NCBI GenBank assembly: GCA_020635675.1
Contig: JACJZJ010000002.1
Location: 541,750-605,749, forward strand
Source of the DNA: Flavobacteriales bacterium
Lineage (GTDB): Bacteria > Bacteroidota > Bacteroidia > Flavobacteriales_F > PHOS-HE28
DNA length: 64,000 nucleotides
Reading direction: 5' to 3'
Shown here: piece after piece, positions 53,845 to 62,624 of the stretch
Numbering within the stretch: the stretch's first letter is position 1
How the letters are laid out: each line of letters opens with the position of its first letter
Program-made: the position numbers and the translations under genes
Notes under the pieces: model-generated
Seen by the model: the letters and a program-made list of their open reading frames with translations, nothing else
What the model was told of the DNA's origin: nothing
Databases searched by the model: none

Positions 53845-54006
53845 TCACCCGATGATCTCCGCCTTCGGGTAACGCTTCTTCCAGAAGGCAAAGGCCTTCT
53901 CGCTGCTCAGGGTGATGATGGTACGATGGTCGAGCCGGACCTTGAATTCCTTCACGCCCTTCTTCACGGGTCGTGTCAGCACGAGATCTTTTTTCTTTCT
54001 GGGCAT
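53845..54006 (-). CDS. Small basic hypothetical protein (53 aa), below the ORF-track size cut-off
   Basis: Hand translation: MPRKKKDLVLTRPVKKGVKEFKVRLDHRTIITLSSEKAFAFWKKRYPKAEIIG*. GC3-rich codons match neighbouring genes. It occupies an otherwise empty 415-nt gap, divergent from tsaC. Confidence 0.4.
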   Translation of the reverse strand: MPRKKKDLVLTRPVKKGVKEFKVRLDHRTIITLSSEKAFAFWKKRYPKAEIIG

Positions 54007-54192
54007 GATTTCTTTCGCTTCTTGCTCCGCTTTCTACGCGTGAAAGATCCGTGCCGATCTCTATCGGCCAATCAAGATGAGCTGGTATTCCTGGGATCCT
54101 AACTGGGGCATAGACCTGTTCAAGCGCTATGGATCCATGTTCCGGGACCGAAGTCACTCCCGGATCAGCGTTCCGCGCCGTTCATTTGTGGA

Positions 54193-55149
54193 ATGAATGC
54201 GGAGATCGGTGGCGATGTCCATCGGGCGGCCGATATGCTGCGGTCCGGGGAGGTGGTGGCGATCCCGACGGAGACCGTTTATGGACTGGCGGCCAATGCA
54301 TTCGACCCGGTCGCTGTCTTGCGTGTGTTCAAGGTCAAGGATAGACCCGCGTTCGACCCGTTGATCGTGCACGTTGGTGACCGCGAACAACTCGCGAAGG
54401 TGGTCAAGATGTGGCCTGATCAGGCGGAGGCCCTCATGGATAAGTTTTGGCCTGGCCCGCTAACTCTTGTATTGCCAAAACGTCCAGAGGTGTCCGATCT
54501 TGTCACCAGCGGTTCGGACACCGTAGCTGTTCGCATGCCCGCGCATCCCACGACCCGTGAACTCCTGAAGGTCACAGGGTTCCCATTGGCCGCGCCAAGT
54601 GCTAACCCGTTCGGTTATGTCAGTCCGACGACCGCTGAACATGTCGCGGACCAGCTCGGCGAGCGTATCCCGTACATCCTGGACGGAGGGCCATGTGGGA
54701 TCGGTGTTGAGAGCACCATTCTTGCCCCTCTGGCCGATGGAGGCTGGGGTCTGCTGCGTCCCGGGGGCGTCTCCCTGGAGGCGCTCGAGCCCATTATCGG
54801 CCGACCGACACAACGACAAGATCATGGTCCACAGCTGCTCCCTGGAATGCTTCCGTCGCATTACGCACCGCGGAAACCCGTGTACATGGGCGATGTGGAG
54901 GATCTTGCCCGACGATTCCACGGTCGACGTACAGCAGTGATCAGCTTCCGCAGTGAGCATCCGGCATTTCGCTGCGAGGTGCTTAGTCCTTCCGGCGACC
55001 TGGGCGAGGCTGCCATGCACCTTTTCGCGGTGTTGCGCGAATTGGACGCGAGCCCATGCGAGGTGATCCTAGCGGAGGAATTCCCGGAACACGGCCTGGG
55101 GCGCGCCATCAATGATCGTTTGCGGCGCGCATCGGCCGCTCGGACCTGA
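54193..55149 (+). CDS. tsaC: L-threonylcarbamoyladenylate synthase (Sua5/YwlC type, two-domain)
   Basis: GEVVAIPTETVYGLAANAFD..VFKVKDRPAFDPLIVHV..PSANPFG are YrdC-domain motifs. At 318 aa the length implies an added Sua5 C-terminal domain. Confidence 0.9.
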   Translation: MNAEIGGDVHRAADMLRSGEVVAIPTETVYGLAANAFDPVAVLRVFKVKDRPAFDPLIVHVGDREQLAKVVKMWPDQAEALMDKFWPGPLTLVLPKRPEVSDLVTSGSDTVAVRMPAHPTTRELLKVTGFPLAAPSANPFGYVSPTTAEHVADQLGERIPYILDGGPCGIGVESTILAPLADGGWGLLRPGGVSLEALEPIIGRPTQRQDHGPQLLPGMLPSHYAPRKPVYMGDVEDLARRFHGRRTAVISFRSEHPAFRCEVLSPSGDLGEAAMHLFAVLRELDASPCEVILAEEFPEHGLGRAINDRLRRASAART

Positions 55150-55254
55150 TCGTCGATGGTTCGCCACACCCTGTCGACAGCCGCGCATAAGGCTTGGCTG
55201 CGTGCGTTCCAAGGACGTATCTTGTGAATATCCACAGCCCCAAACCGGAACACC

Positions 55255-55641
55255 ATGCCTGCCACATTGAACGCCAAGGAACTGACGCTCGTTTACAACG
55301 GCAGCACCAGTGAGGGGAAGAAAGCCTTGGCCTTCGCATATTCGCTTGCGTCGAAGGTGAATCGGCAGGACGTAAGCGAGGTGGCATTGTCCTCCACCTT
55401 CGTTCGGCAAGTGATCAAGCAATTGAACGTACGCCCCAAGGACCTGCTCAACCGTGCACATCCTTACTATCAACAGCACCTGCGTGGTCGGGACCTGGAC
55501 ATGGAGGGGTGGTTGCACGTGCTGACCCACAACCCCTACCTCTTGCGTGCCCCCATCGCGCTGCAGGGCGATCGGGCCGTGCTCTGTGAACCGGCCTCGC
55601 TCATCTACACATTGAGCGAACGCAAGGCGCGCGCTGTCTGA
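55255..55641 (+). CDS. ArsC/Spx-fold family protein lacking the N-terminal redox cysteine
   Basis: 128 aa. The overall pattern (..LVYNGSTSEGKKALAFA.., NRAHPYY, L.RAPIAL.GDRAVLC) fits ArsC/Spx-like thioredoxin-fold proteins. The position of the usual Cys motif reads STSEGKKA. Confidence 0.6.
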   Translation: MPATLNAKELTLVYNGSTSEGKKALAFAYSLASKVNRQDVSEVALSSTFVRQVIKQLNVRPKDLLNRAHPYYQQHLRGRDLDMEGWLHVLTHNPYLLRAPIALQGDRAVLCEPASLIYTLSERKARAV

Positions 55642-55719
55642 TCGGGCGCATATCGCGGTACAAGCGCGATCTTTGCCGAGGGAACGCTGCTCCGTACCGA
55701 GCCCGCTTTCTCAGCTTTC

Positions 55720-56892
55720 ATGCCCGAACGCAAGCGCATCGCCATTCTCGGCAGCACCGGATCGATAGGCACACAGGCCCTCCAGGTGGTGCGTGAACAA
55801 CCCCAGCTGTTCGCGGTGGAATTGCTCACCTGTGGACGGAACGTCGACCTGTTGATCGATCAAGCGCGGGAGTTCGTGCCGAACGTGGTGGTGGTCGCTG
55901 ACCGGGACCGTGCTGTACTTGCACGCGATGCGCTTTTCCCCCTGGGCATCAAGGTGTACTCCGGCGCCGAGAGCATCGAGCAGGCTGTTTCCATGGGAAC
56001 GATCGACCTGGTGCTTACTGCAATGGTGGGTTATGCGGGGCTTCGCCCCACGCTTGCGGCGATCGAAGCCGGCCGGTCGATCGCACTAGCGAACAAGGAG
56101 ACACTTGTCGTTGCCGGCGCATTGGTGACCAAGGCGGCACGCGAAAAGGGTGTGAACATCTACCCGGTGGACAGCGAGCATTCGGCCATTTTCCAATGTC
56201 TTGCCGGCGAGTGGCACAACCCGATCGAAAAGATCTGGTTGACCGCGAGCGGTGGCCCGTTCCGAGGCCGTGACAGGGAGGCCCTGGCGGACGTGACCAA
56301 AGAGGAGGCGCTGGAACATCCGAACTGGACGATGGGCTCCAAGGTGACCATCGACAGTGCCTCACTGATGAACAAGGGGCTCGAGGCGATCGAGGCCAGT
56401 TGGCTATTCGGGCTTGCCCCGGAACGCATCGCCATCGTGGTACATCCGGAGAGCATCGTCCACAGCATGGTGCAATTCCGGGACGGGAGCATCAAGGCCC
56501 AGCTCGGCCTGCCGGACATGAAGCTTCCCATCCAATATGCAATGGCCTACCCGGACCGGCCGGTCACGAACTGGCCGCGTTTCGACTTCGACAGTTACCC
56601 GGCCCTGCATTTCGAGCGCCCCGACCTGGACACCTTCCGCAATCTCGCCCTGGCCCTGGAGGCCATGAAGCGCGGAGGGAACGCACCCTGTATCCTGAAC
56701 GCCGCCAACGAGGTTGCCGTGCAGCGTTTTCTCGAAGGTCACATCGGTTTCCTGGAGATGAGCGATCTCGTCGCTCATTGTCTGGAGCGGGTGGGCCATG
56801 AACCCGAACCCGACCTGCAGGCACTGGAAGCCACGGATGCGGAAACGCGTCGTGCTGCAGTGGCCTGGACCCCCACCCCATGGTATTCCTGA
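55720..56892 (+). CDS. dxr: 1-deoxy-D-xylulose-5-phosphate reductoisomerase
   Basis: KRIAILGSTGSIGTQAL, LANKETLV, PVDSEHSAIFQCL, NWTMGSKVTIDSASLMNKGLE. Confidence 0.96.
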   Translation: MPERKRIAILGSTGSIGTQALQVVREQPQLFAVELLTCGRNVDLLIDQAREFVPNVVVVADRDRAVLARDALFPLGIKVYSGAESIEQAVSMGTIDLVLTAMVGYAGLRPTLAAIEAGRSIALANKETLVVAGALVTKAAREKGVNIYPVDSEHSAIFQCLAGEWHNPIEKIWLTASGGPFRGRDREALADVTKEEALEHPNWTMGSKVTIDSASLMNKGLEAIEASWLFGLAPERIAIVVHPESIVHSMVQFRDGSIKAQLGLPDMKLPIQYAMAYPDRPVTNWPRFDFDSYPALHFERPDLDTFRNLALALEAMKRGGNAPCILNAANEVAVQRFLEGHIGFLEMSDLVAHCLERVGHEPEPDLQALEATDAETRRAAVAWTPTPWYS

Positions 56893-58205
56893 TCAAGGCC
56901 GCCCAGCTCATTTCGAGCCTCAGCATTCTGGTAGTGTTGCATGAGATGGGCCACTTCATTCCCGCCCGGCTCTTCAAGACCCGCGTTGAGAAGTTCTTCC
57001 TGTTCTTCGACCCCTGGTTCGCCCTTTGGAAAAGGAAGATCGGGGACACGGTCTATGGCATCGGCTGGGTGCCTTTGGGGGGCTATGTGAAGATCAGCGG
57101 TATGGTGGACGAGAGCATGGACAAGGAACAGCTTGCCAAGTCCCCCGAGTCCTGGGAGTTCCGTGCGAAGCCCACCTGGCAGCGATTGATCATCATGGTG
57201 GGGGGGGTGACCGTGAACCTTTTGCTCGGAATGGTCATCTATATCGCCATCCTGTACACCTGGGGACGTGAATACCTGCCGCTCGAGAACATCACCTATG
57301 GCGTGCACCCGAGCGAATTGATGCAGCAGGAGGGCTTCCGAGAGGGTGATCGGATCGTCCGGTTGGAAGGGCATTCGGTGAACACGTTGGAGGACGTCGG
57401 CAAGGCGATCTTGTTGGACGACGCGCGTGTGGTGGAGGTGGAGCGTATCGGGGAGCGTCGGTTCATCCACCTGAGCGACGATGTTGCGGAGAAGATCCTT
57501 GACCGGAACGACAAGGTCCTCTTCTTGCCAACCGTGCCCTTCTTTGTGGATTCCATCCTACCTGACGGCACCGCGGCCCGGAGCGATCTGCGCAAGAACG
57601 ACCGGCTGATCGGGGTGAACGATACGGCCACGCCCTATTTCGGGCAGTTCCGCGAAGCCCTCGCGGAACTGAAGGGACAGCAGGTCGGTCTGACCGTGCT
57701 GCGTGGGGTTGATACTGTGAAGGTGTCCGTGCAGGTAAGCGATGAAGGATTGATCGGTGTGGGAAATCGGCCGGCCGATCGCTACTTCACCTTTGCCCAC
57801 GAGAAGTTCGGTCTGGCGCGGTCCGTTCCCGCCGGGATCCAATATGGCCTGGCCACCCTGGGCGGTTACATCTCCTCGATGAAACTGCTCTTCAGTTCGT
57901 CCGGGGTCAAGCAGGTCGGTGGTTTTGGTGCGATCGGGAGCCTGTTCGCCCCCCATTGGGACTGGCAACGGTTCTGGGAGATGACGGCCTTTCTCAGCAT
58001 CGTGCTGGCATTCATGAACATCCTGCCGATCCCGGCCCTGGATGGCGGGCATGTCATGTTCCTGCTTTACGAGATGATCACCCGTAGACAGCCGAACCAG
58101 AAGGTGCTGGAGTATGCGCAATTGGCCGGCATGGCCCTTTTGCTCGCCTTGATCCTCTTCGCCAACGGCAACGACGTGCTGCGCTGGCTCACGGGACGGC
58201 TCTGA
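56880..58205 (+). CDS. rseP: Site-2 (RIP) zinc metalloprotease RseP
   Basis: HEMGHF zinc motif at the N-terminus, a PDZ-like middle region and a C-terminal NILPIPALDGGH motif. The ATG overlaps the dxr 3' end by 13 nt. Confidence 0.92.
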   Translation: MVFLIKAAQLISSLSILVVLHEMGHFIPARLFKTRVEKFFLFFDPWFALWKRKIGDTVYGIGWVPLGGYVKISGMVDESMDKEQLAKSPESWEFRAKPTWQRLIIMVGGVTVNLLLGMVIYIAILYTWGREYLPLENITYGVHPSELMQQEGFREGDRIVRLEGHSVNTLEDVGKAILLDDARVVEVERIGERRFIHLSDDVAEKILDRNDKVLFLPTVPFFVDSILPDGTAARSDLRKNDRLIGVNDTATPYFGQFREALAELKGQQVGLTVLRGVDTVKVSVQVSDEGLIGVGNRPADRYFTFAHEKFGLARSVPAGIQYGLATLGGYISSMKLLFSSSGVKQVGGFGAIGSLFAPHWDWQRFWEMTAFLSIVLAFMNILPIPALDGGHVMFLLYEMITRRQPNQKVLEYAQLAGMALLLALILFANGNDVLRWLTGRL

Positions 58206-58238
58206 TCGGTCCGGAGCGGTTATCTTTTCCCCTGCGCC

Positions 58239-59516
58239 ATGCAGCACGTGGATCCGTACATCTTCATCATCGCGGCATCGATCACGGTGATCGCCTCGCA
58301 CCTGTTCAATCTGCTGGCGCGGCGCACCAATATCCCCAGCGTGTTGATGCTGATCGGCGTGGGGATCGGGCTGCATTACGCGCTCAGGTATTTCACTGAT
58401 TACACACCGGGGCCATTGCTCTTCGGGGTCATGAACATCCTGGGGATCGCGGGATTGATCATGATCGTGTTGGAGGCCGCTCTGGACCTGGAGCTGCGTA
58501 GGGACAAGGTGCCGTTGATCCTGAAGGCCTTCGGTGTGTCGCTTTTCTCGTTGGCCATGACGCTGACGGTCTGTGCATGGATCATCCATAGGTTCATCCT
58601 GGACGACTGGTATATCGCGCTGGTCTATGCGACCCCTTTGTCGATCATGAGCAGTGCCATCGTGCTGCCGAGCGTTTCCGGGCTCGTGCACGAGAAACGG
58701 GAGTTCATGGTGTATGAGGCCACCTTTTCGGACATCCTCGGGATCATGCTGTTCTACTTCCTCGTCGATGATCACACGGGGAAACCGGCCGCCGCCCTTG
58801 CCGCGCAGATCACTGGATCCGTGCTGCTCACCATCGTGGTCAGCGTGCTGGTCAGCGTTGCGGTCGTATGGGTGTTCCAGCGCATCCGAACACGCATCAA
58901 GTTCTTCCTGTTGATCGCCGTGTTGATGTTGCTCTATGCCATCGGGAAGAAGATGAACCTGTCCAGCCTGCTCATCATTCTCGTTTTCGGTCTGATGGTG
59001 AAGAACCACGGGCTCTTCTTCAGAGGCACCCTGCACAGGTTGGCGCGACCTTCGGTCATGCGGGGGATCCTGAACGAGCTGCATTTGATCACGGGTGAGA
59101 CGTCCTTTCTCGTACGCACGTTCTTTTTCATCGTCTTCGGCATGACAATGGACCTCGGTGCGTTGTTCTCTCCCTACGTGGTCCTTGTATCGGCGCTGCT
59201 CATCGTGGCCATCTACGGGGTTCGCCTGACCTCCCTATTACCGTTGCACAAGCGGCACATGATGCCGGAGCTGACGATAGCGCCGCGTGGTCTGGTCACC
59301 ATCCTGCTGTTCTACAACATTCCTGAACGTTTGACGAGCGAGGCGTTCGACAACAACGTGCTCTTCTTCATCATCCTTGCCAGCAACCTGGTCATGATGT
59401 TCGGCTTGATCACGACCGGTCAGGGCAAGGACCTGAGCGTCACCGGTCCGGACATGCTGCTACCGGACGAACGACAGCTGGCGCAGGAGGTCGACCCCGG
59501 GGAACCTGCGTCGTAG
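58239..59516 (+). CDS. Cation:proton antiporter (Na+/H+ exchanger family)
   Basis: 425 aa with about 11-12 TM segments. N-terminus IFIIAASITVIASHLFNLLARRTNIPSVLMLIGVGIGL is typical of the CPA family. Confidence 0.75.
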   Translation: MQHVDPYIFIIAASITVIASHLFNLLARRTNIPSVLMLIGVGIGLHYALRYFTDYTPGPLLFGVMNILGIAGLIMIVLEAALDLELRRDKVPLILKAFGVSLFSLAMTLTVCAWIIHRFILDDWYIALVYATPLSIMSSAIVLPSVSGLVHEKREFMVYEATFSDILGIMLFYFLVDDHTGKPAAALAAQITGSVLLTIVVSVLVSVAVVWVFQRIRTRIKFFLLIAVLMLLYAIGKKMNLSSLLIILVFGLMVKNHGLFFRGTLHRLARPSVMRGILNELHLITGETSFLVRTFFFIVFGMTMDLGALFSPYVVLVSALLIVAIYGVRLTSLLPLHKRHMMPELTIAPRGLVTILLFYNIPERLTSEAFDNNVLFFIILASNLVMMFGLITTGQGKDLSVTGPDMLLPDERQLAQEVDPGEPAS

Positions 59517-59558
59517 GATCGACGTAGACACGGGGTAGTGAAGCGAAGGACCGTTCCC

Positions 59559-59918
59559 ATGCCGCACGTGATCATGATCGAGGACGACGCGCTGGTGCGT
59601 CGCCTGCTGCAGCGTCGCCTGGAACAGGCCGGGTGGCGTGTGACCGGACTGTCGGACGGACGGGACATATTCGAGCGGATGAAGGACGACACCGCTGACC
59701 TTATGCTGGTGGACCTGGGCCTCCCATACAGGGATGGACTCTCCGTGGTGGAGGATCTCCGGGCTCGGGGTCTGCGCATCCCCGTTCTGGTCCTGACCGC
59801 ATATGACCGACCCTTGCTTTTGGACGCGGTCCGTTCGGTAGGCGCGAACGGATTGTTCCAGAAGCCCTGTGACCCGGAGCGCCTTTTGGAAAGGATGCGG
59901 GAGTTGCTCGCGGCCTGA
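59559..59918 (+). CDS. Stand-alone response-regulator receiver domain (CheY-like)
   Basis: MPHVIMIEDD..ADLMLVDLGLPYRDG..PVLVLTAYD..QKP carries the receiver acidic pocket, the phospho-Asp context and T/K positions. There is no output domain. Confidence 0.8.
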   Translation: MPHVIMIEDDALVRRLLQRRLEQAGWRVTGLSDGRDIFERMKDDTADLMLVDLGLPYRDGLSVVEDLRARGLRIPVLVLTAYDRPLLLDAVRSVGANGLFQKPCDPERLLERMRELLAA

Positions 59919-59965
59919 AGAGGACGATCTTTGTCCCCTTGTCCGGTCAACGACATTCGCATGAC

Positions 59966-60985
59966 GTGCTCATCATCGGTCAGGGTCTGGCCGGTGCGGT
60001 GCTGAGCGAGACACTCGCCCAGCGTGGTCTGCGTGTATCGATCTTCGATCTGCCACAGGACGGACGTGCCTCCTGGATGGCTGCGGGTCTCGTCAATCCG
60101 GTCGTGCTGCGCAGGCTCGTGCTCAGTTGGCGGGCGCCTGAGATGCTTGCCGTGGCCGCGGCGTTCTACAGGGAGCTCGAACTGCGCTACGACACGACCT
60201 TCTGGCACCCCATGCCCTTGGTCAAGATCCACCCCAATGGCAAGGAGGCGGGAGAATGGCGCAACCGGATGAAGGATCCGGAGATCGCACCTTTCATCCA
60301 GGAAGGCCCTGTGGACCTTCCCGGTCTTGACCGTCTTGAGAAGGGTTTCGGTCATGGTGTGGTGCCGCGCGCGGCACGCTTGGACGTCCGTGCCCTGCTC
60401 GCAGCGCATCGCTCCCGTTGGTCCGCGGCCGGCGATCTGGAGGAGGCGGTCGTTCGGCGGGACGAGGTGCGGATGACCACGGAAGGCGTGGAACTGCGTG
60501 GCCGCACGGCACCCATGCTGATCCGCTGCGAGGGTCCATTCGCTGATCTGAAGGGCTTGAGCCCGGTTCGTGGCGAGGGACTGACGGTGCGCATTCCCGG
60601 GCTGGGCCTGAAATGCATCGTTCATCGCAGCGTGTTCCTGCTGCCCATGGGCGAGGACCGTTACCGACTGGGTGCGACCTATGCCTGGCAGGATGTGTGG
60701 AGCGGACCCACGGAGGCCGGACGCGTGCAGCTCATGGAGCGACTGGACAGCCTTGTCGATGGCGAAGTGGAGGTCCTCGAGCATTGGTCGGGGGTGCGTC
60801 CTGCCTCCCGTGACCGTCGTCCCATCCTCGGGCGACACGGCACGCATGAAGCGATATTCAATGGTCTTGGCTCGCGCGGCGTTCTCCTCGCACCTTGGTG
60901 CGCTCAACACCTCGCGGCGCATTTGTTGGACGGTGCGGGTCTGGATCCCGAGGTGGACATCGCCCGGTTCGCCGATCGACCTTGA
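59966..60985 (+). CDS. FAD-dependent oxidoreductase (DAO family)
   Basis: Rossmann motif VLIIGQGLAGAVL..L.V.IFD. I prefer the GTG at 59966 because a -7-like box GATCTTTG (59926-59933) sits only 5 nt before the track's TTG at 59939. The start is uncertain. Confidence 0.75.
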   Translation: MLIIGQGLAGAVLSETLAQRGLRVSIFDLPQDGRASWMAAGLVNPVVLRRLVLSWRAPEMLAVAAAFYRELELRYDTTFWHPMPLVKIHPNGKEAGEWRNRMKDPEIAPFIQEGPVDLPGLDRLEKGFGHGVVPRAARLDVRALLAAHRSRWSAAGDLEEAVVRRDEVRMTTEGVELRGRTAPMLIRCEGPFADLKGLSPVRGEGLTVRIPGLGLKCIVHRSVFLLPMGEDRYRLGATYAWQDVWSGPTEAGRVQLMERLDSLVDGEVEVLEHWSGVRPASRDRRPILGRHGTHEAIFNGLGSRGVLLAPWCAQHLAAHLLDGAGLDPEVDIARFADRP

Positions 60986-60991
60986 GCAAGC

Positions 60992-62518
60992 TCAGCCCAT
61001 GTGCGCTTCGTCGCTCCGCACGTCGCCCAAGCTGTCGGGGAAGTAGCGATCCTCAAGGCGCACGAACTCGTCCCCGCGCAGGAACATGTCCATCGCCACC
61101 TCGCTGATGTCGTGCTTGCCGGCAGCGGCCATCAGTTCCATGGCGGCGTGCAGGGTGTTGCGGTGGAACTGGAACACGCGCTCGCTCTTGTCGCCCACGG
61201 CCAGTCCCTTCATCAGCATCCTGTCCTGGGTGGCGACGCCCGTGGGGCATTTGTTGGTGTTGCATCGCAGGGCCTGGATGCACCCCAGCGCGAACATGAA
61301 GCCCCGCGCACTGTTGCACAGGTCGGCACCCATCGCCAGCATCTTGAGCAACGACGCGGCCGTGAGCACCTTGCCGCTGGCGATCACGCGGATCTCGTCC
61401 CGCAGGCCGAAGCGCTTCAGGGTGCGGTGCACGAAGATCAACGCCGGTTCGATCGGCATGCCCACGGTGTCGGCGAACTCCAGCGGGGCGGCGCCCGTGC
61501 CCCCCTCCGCACCGTCCACCGTGATGAAATCGGGACGTATGCCCTTTTCCTTCATCACGCGGCAGATCTCCACGAACTCCTCCGTGCGGCCGATGCACAG
61601 CTTGAAGCCGACCGGTTTGCCGCCGCTCAGTTCGCGCAGACGCTGGACGAAGTCGATCAACCCGGCGGCGTCCTGGAACACGCCATGACCCGGTGGTGAG
61701 AGCACTGTGGTGTGTGGGGCCACATGCCGGAACCGGGCGATCTCCTCGGTGTTCTTCGAGGCGGGGAGCACACCGCCGTGACCGGGTTTGGCGCCCTGGG
61801 AGATCTTCAGCTCGATCATCTTCACACTGGTGTGCGCGGCCTTTGTACGGAACAATTCGGCATCGAATCCGCCGTCCTTGTCCCGGCAACCGAAATACCC
61901 CGTGCCGATCTGCCAGACGACATCGCCACCGTGGTGCAGATGGTAGTCGCAGAGCCCACCCTCGCCGGTGTTGTGGAAGAAGCCGCCCTTCTTCGCGCCG
62001 GCGTTCAAGGCGAGCACGGCGTTGGCGCTCAATGCCCCGAAGCTCATGGCCGAGATGTTCAGCAGGCTCGCCTCGTACGGATGGGCGCACAGGGCACCGC
62101 CGATGTGCACGCGGGGTGGTTCCTCTTTCACCGGTGCGGGGTAGATGGAATGGCGGATCCCTTCGTACTCCATGGCGTTGATGTCCAGCTGCGTACCGAA
62201 CGGTGTGGTATCGCTCACATTCTTGGCACGGGTGTAGACCAGTGCGCGTTGTTGTCGGCTGAAGGGCCGTCCGTCCGTGTGGCGCTCAATGAAGTACTGC
62301 TGGATCTCCGGTGCGATGAACTCGAAGAAGTAGCGCAGATAACCCAGCACGGGGAAGTTCCGCAGGATGGTGTGGCGCGACTGGACGACATCGTACAGGC
62401 CGATCGCCAGCAGCGGCACCACCACCACAAAGGCCCAGAGGAAGGCGGGGTGGAAATATCCGATCACCGCGACCAGCAGCACGACGATCAACGCACCGCG
62501 ATAGAACAGATGACGCAT
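60992..62518 (-). CDS. FMN-binding glutamate-synthase-family protein with N-terminal TM anchor
   Basis: ATG at 62518 (MRHLFYRGALIVVLLVAVIGY). KISQGAKPGHGGVLPA, TVDGAEGGTGAAP and ASGKV blocks match the GltB FMN-domain homologues. Confidence 0.85.
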   Translation of the reverse strand: MRHLFYRGALIVVLLVAVIGYFHPAFLWAFVVVVPLLAIGLYDVVQSRHTILRNFPVLGYLRYFFEFIAPEIQQYFIERHTDGRPFSRQQRALVYTRAKNVSDTTPFGTQLDINAMEYEGIRHSIYPAPVKEEPPRVHIGGALCAHPYEASLLNISAMSFGALSANAVLALNAGAKKGGFFHNTGEGGLCDYHLHHGGDVVWQIGTGYFGCRDKDGGFDAELFRTKAAHTSVKMIELKISQGAKPGHGGVLPASKNTEEIARFRHVAPHTTVLSPPGHGVFQDAAGLIDFVQRLRELSGGKPVGFKLCIGRTEEFVEICRVMKEKGIRPDFITVDGAEGGTGAAPLEFADTVGMPIEPALIFVHRTLKRFGLRDEIRVIASGKVLTAASLLKMLAMGADLCNSARGFMFALGCIQALRCNTNKCPTGVATQDRMLMKGLAVGDKSERVFQFHRNTLHAAMELMAAAGKHDISEVAMDMFLRGDEFVRLEDRYFPDSLGDVRSDEAHMG

Positions 62519-62624
62519 GGGCAAAGAACTCGGGTCGCGAAGTTAGGGTCGGGTCATGGGGCGGCCTGATCGCGACGTCGTCGTGCGTGTACCGGTCACC
62601 GGATCGATCGAGCGAGATTTGTGC

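Noticed and set aside
57558-60922. Minus-strand ORFs of 508 aa (57558..59084) and 500 aa (59420..60922).
   Set aside because: They are antisense to rseP, the antiporter, the receiver gene and the FAD oxidoreductase, all of which have clear motifs. The antisense products have biased composition and no recognisable domains.
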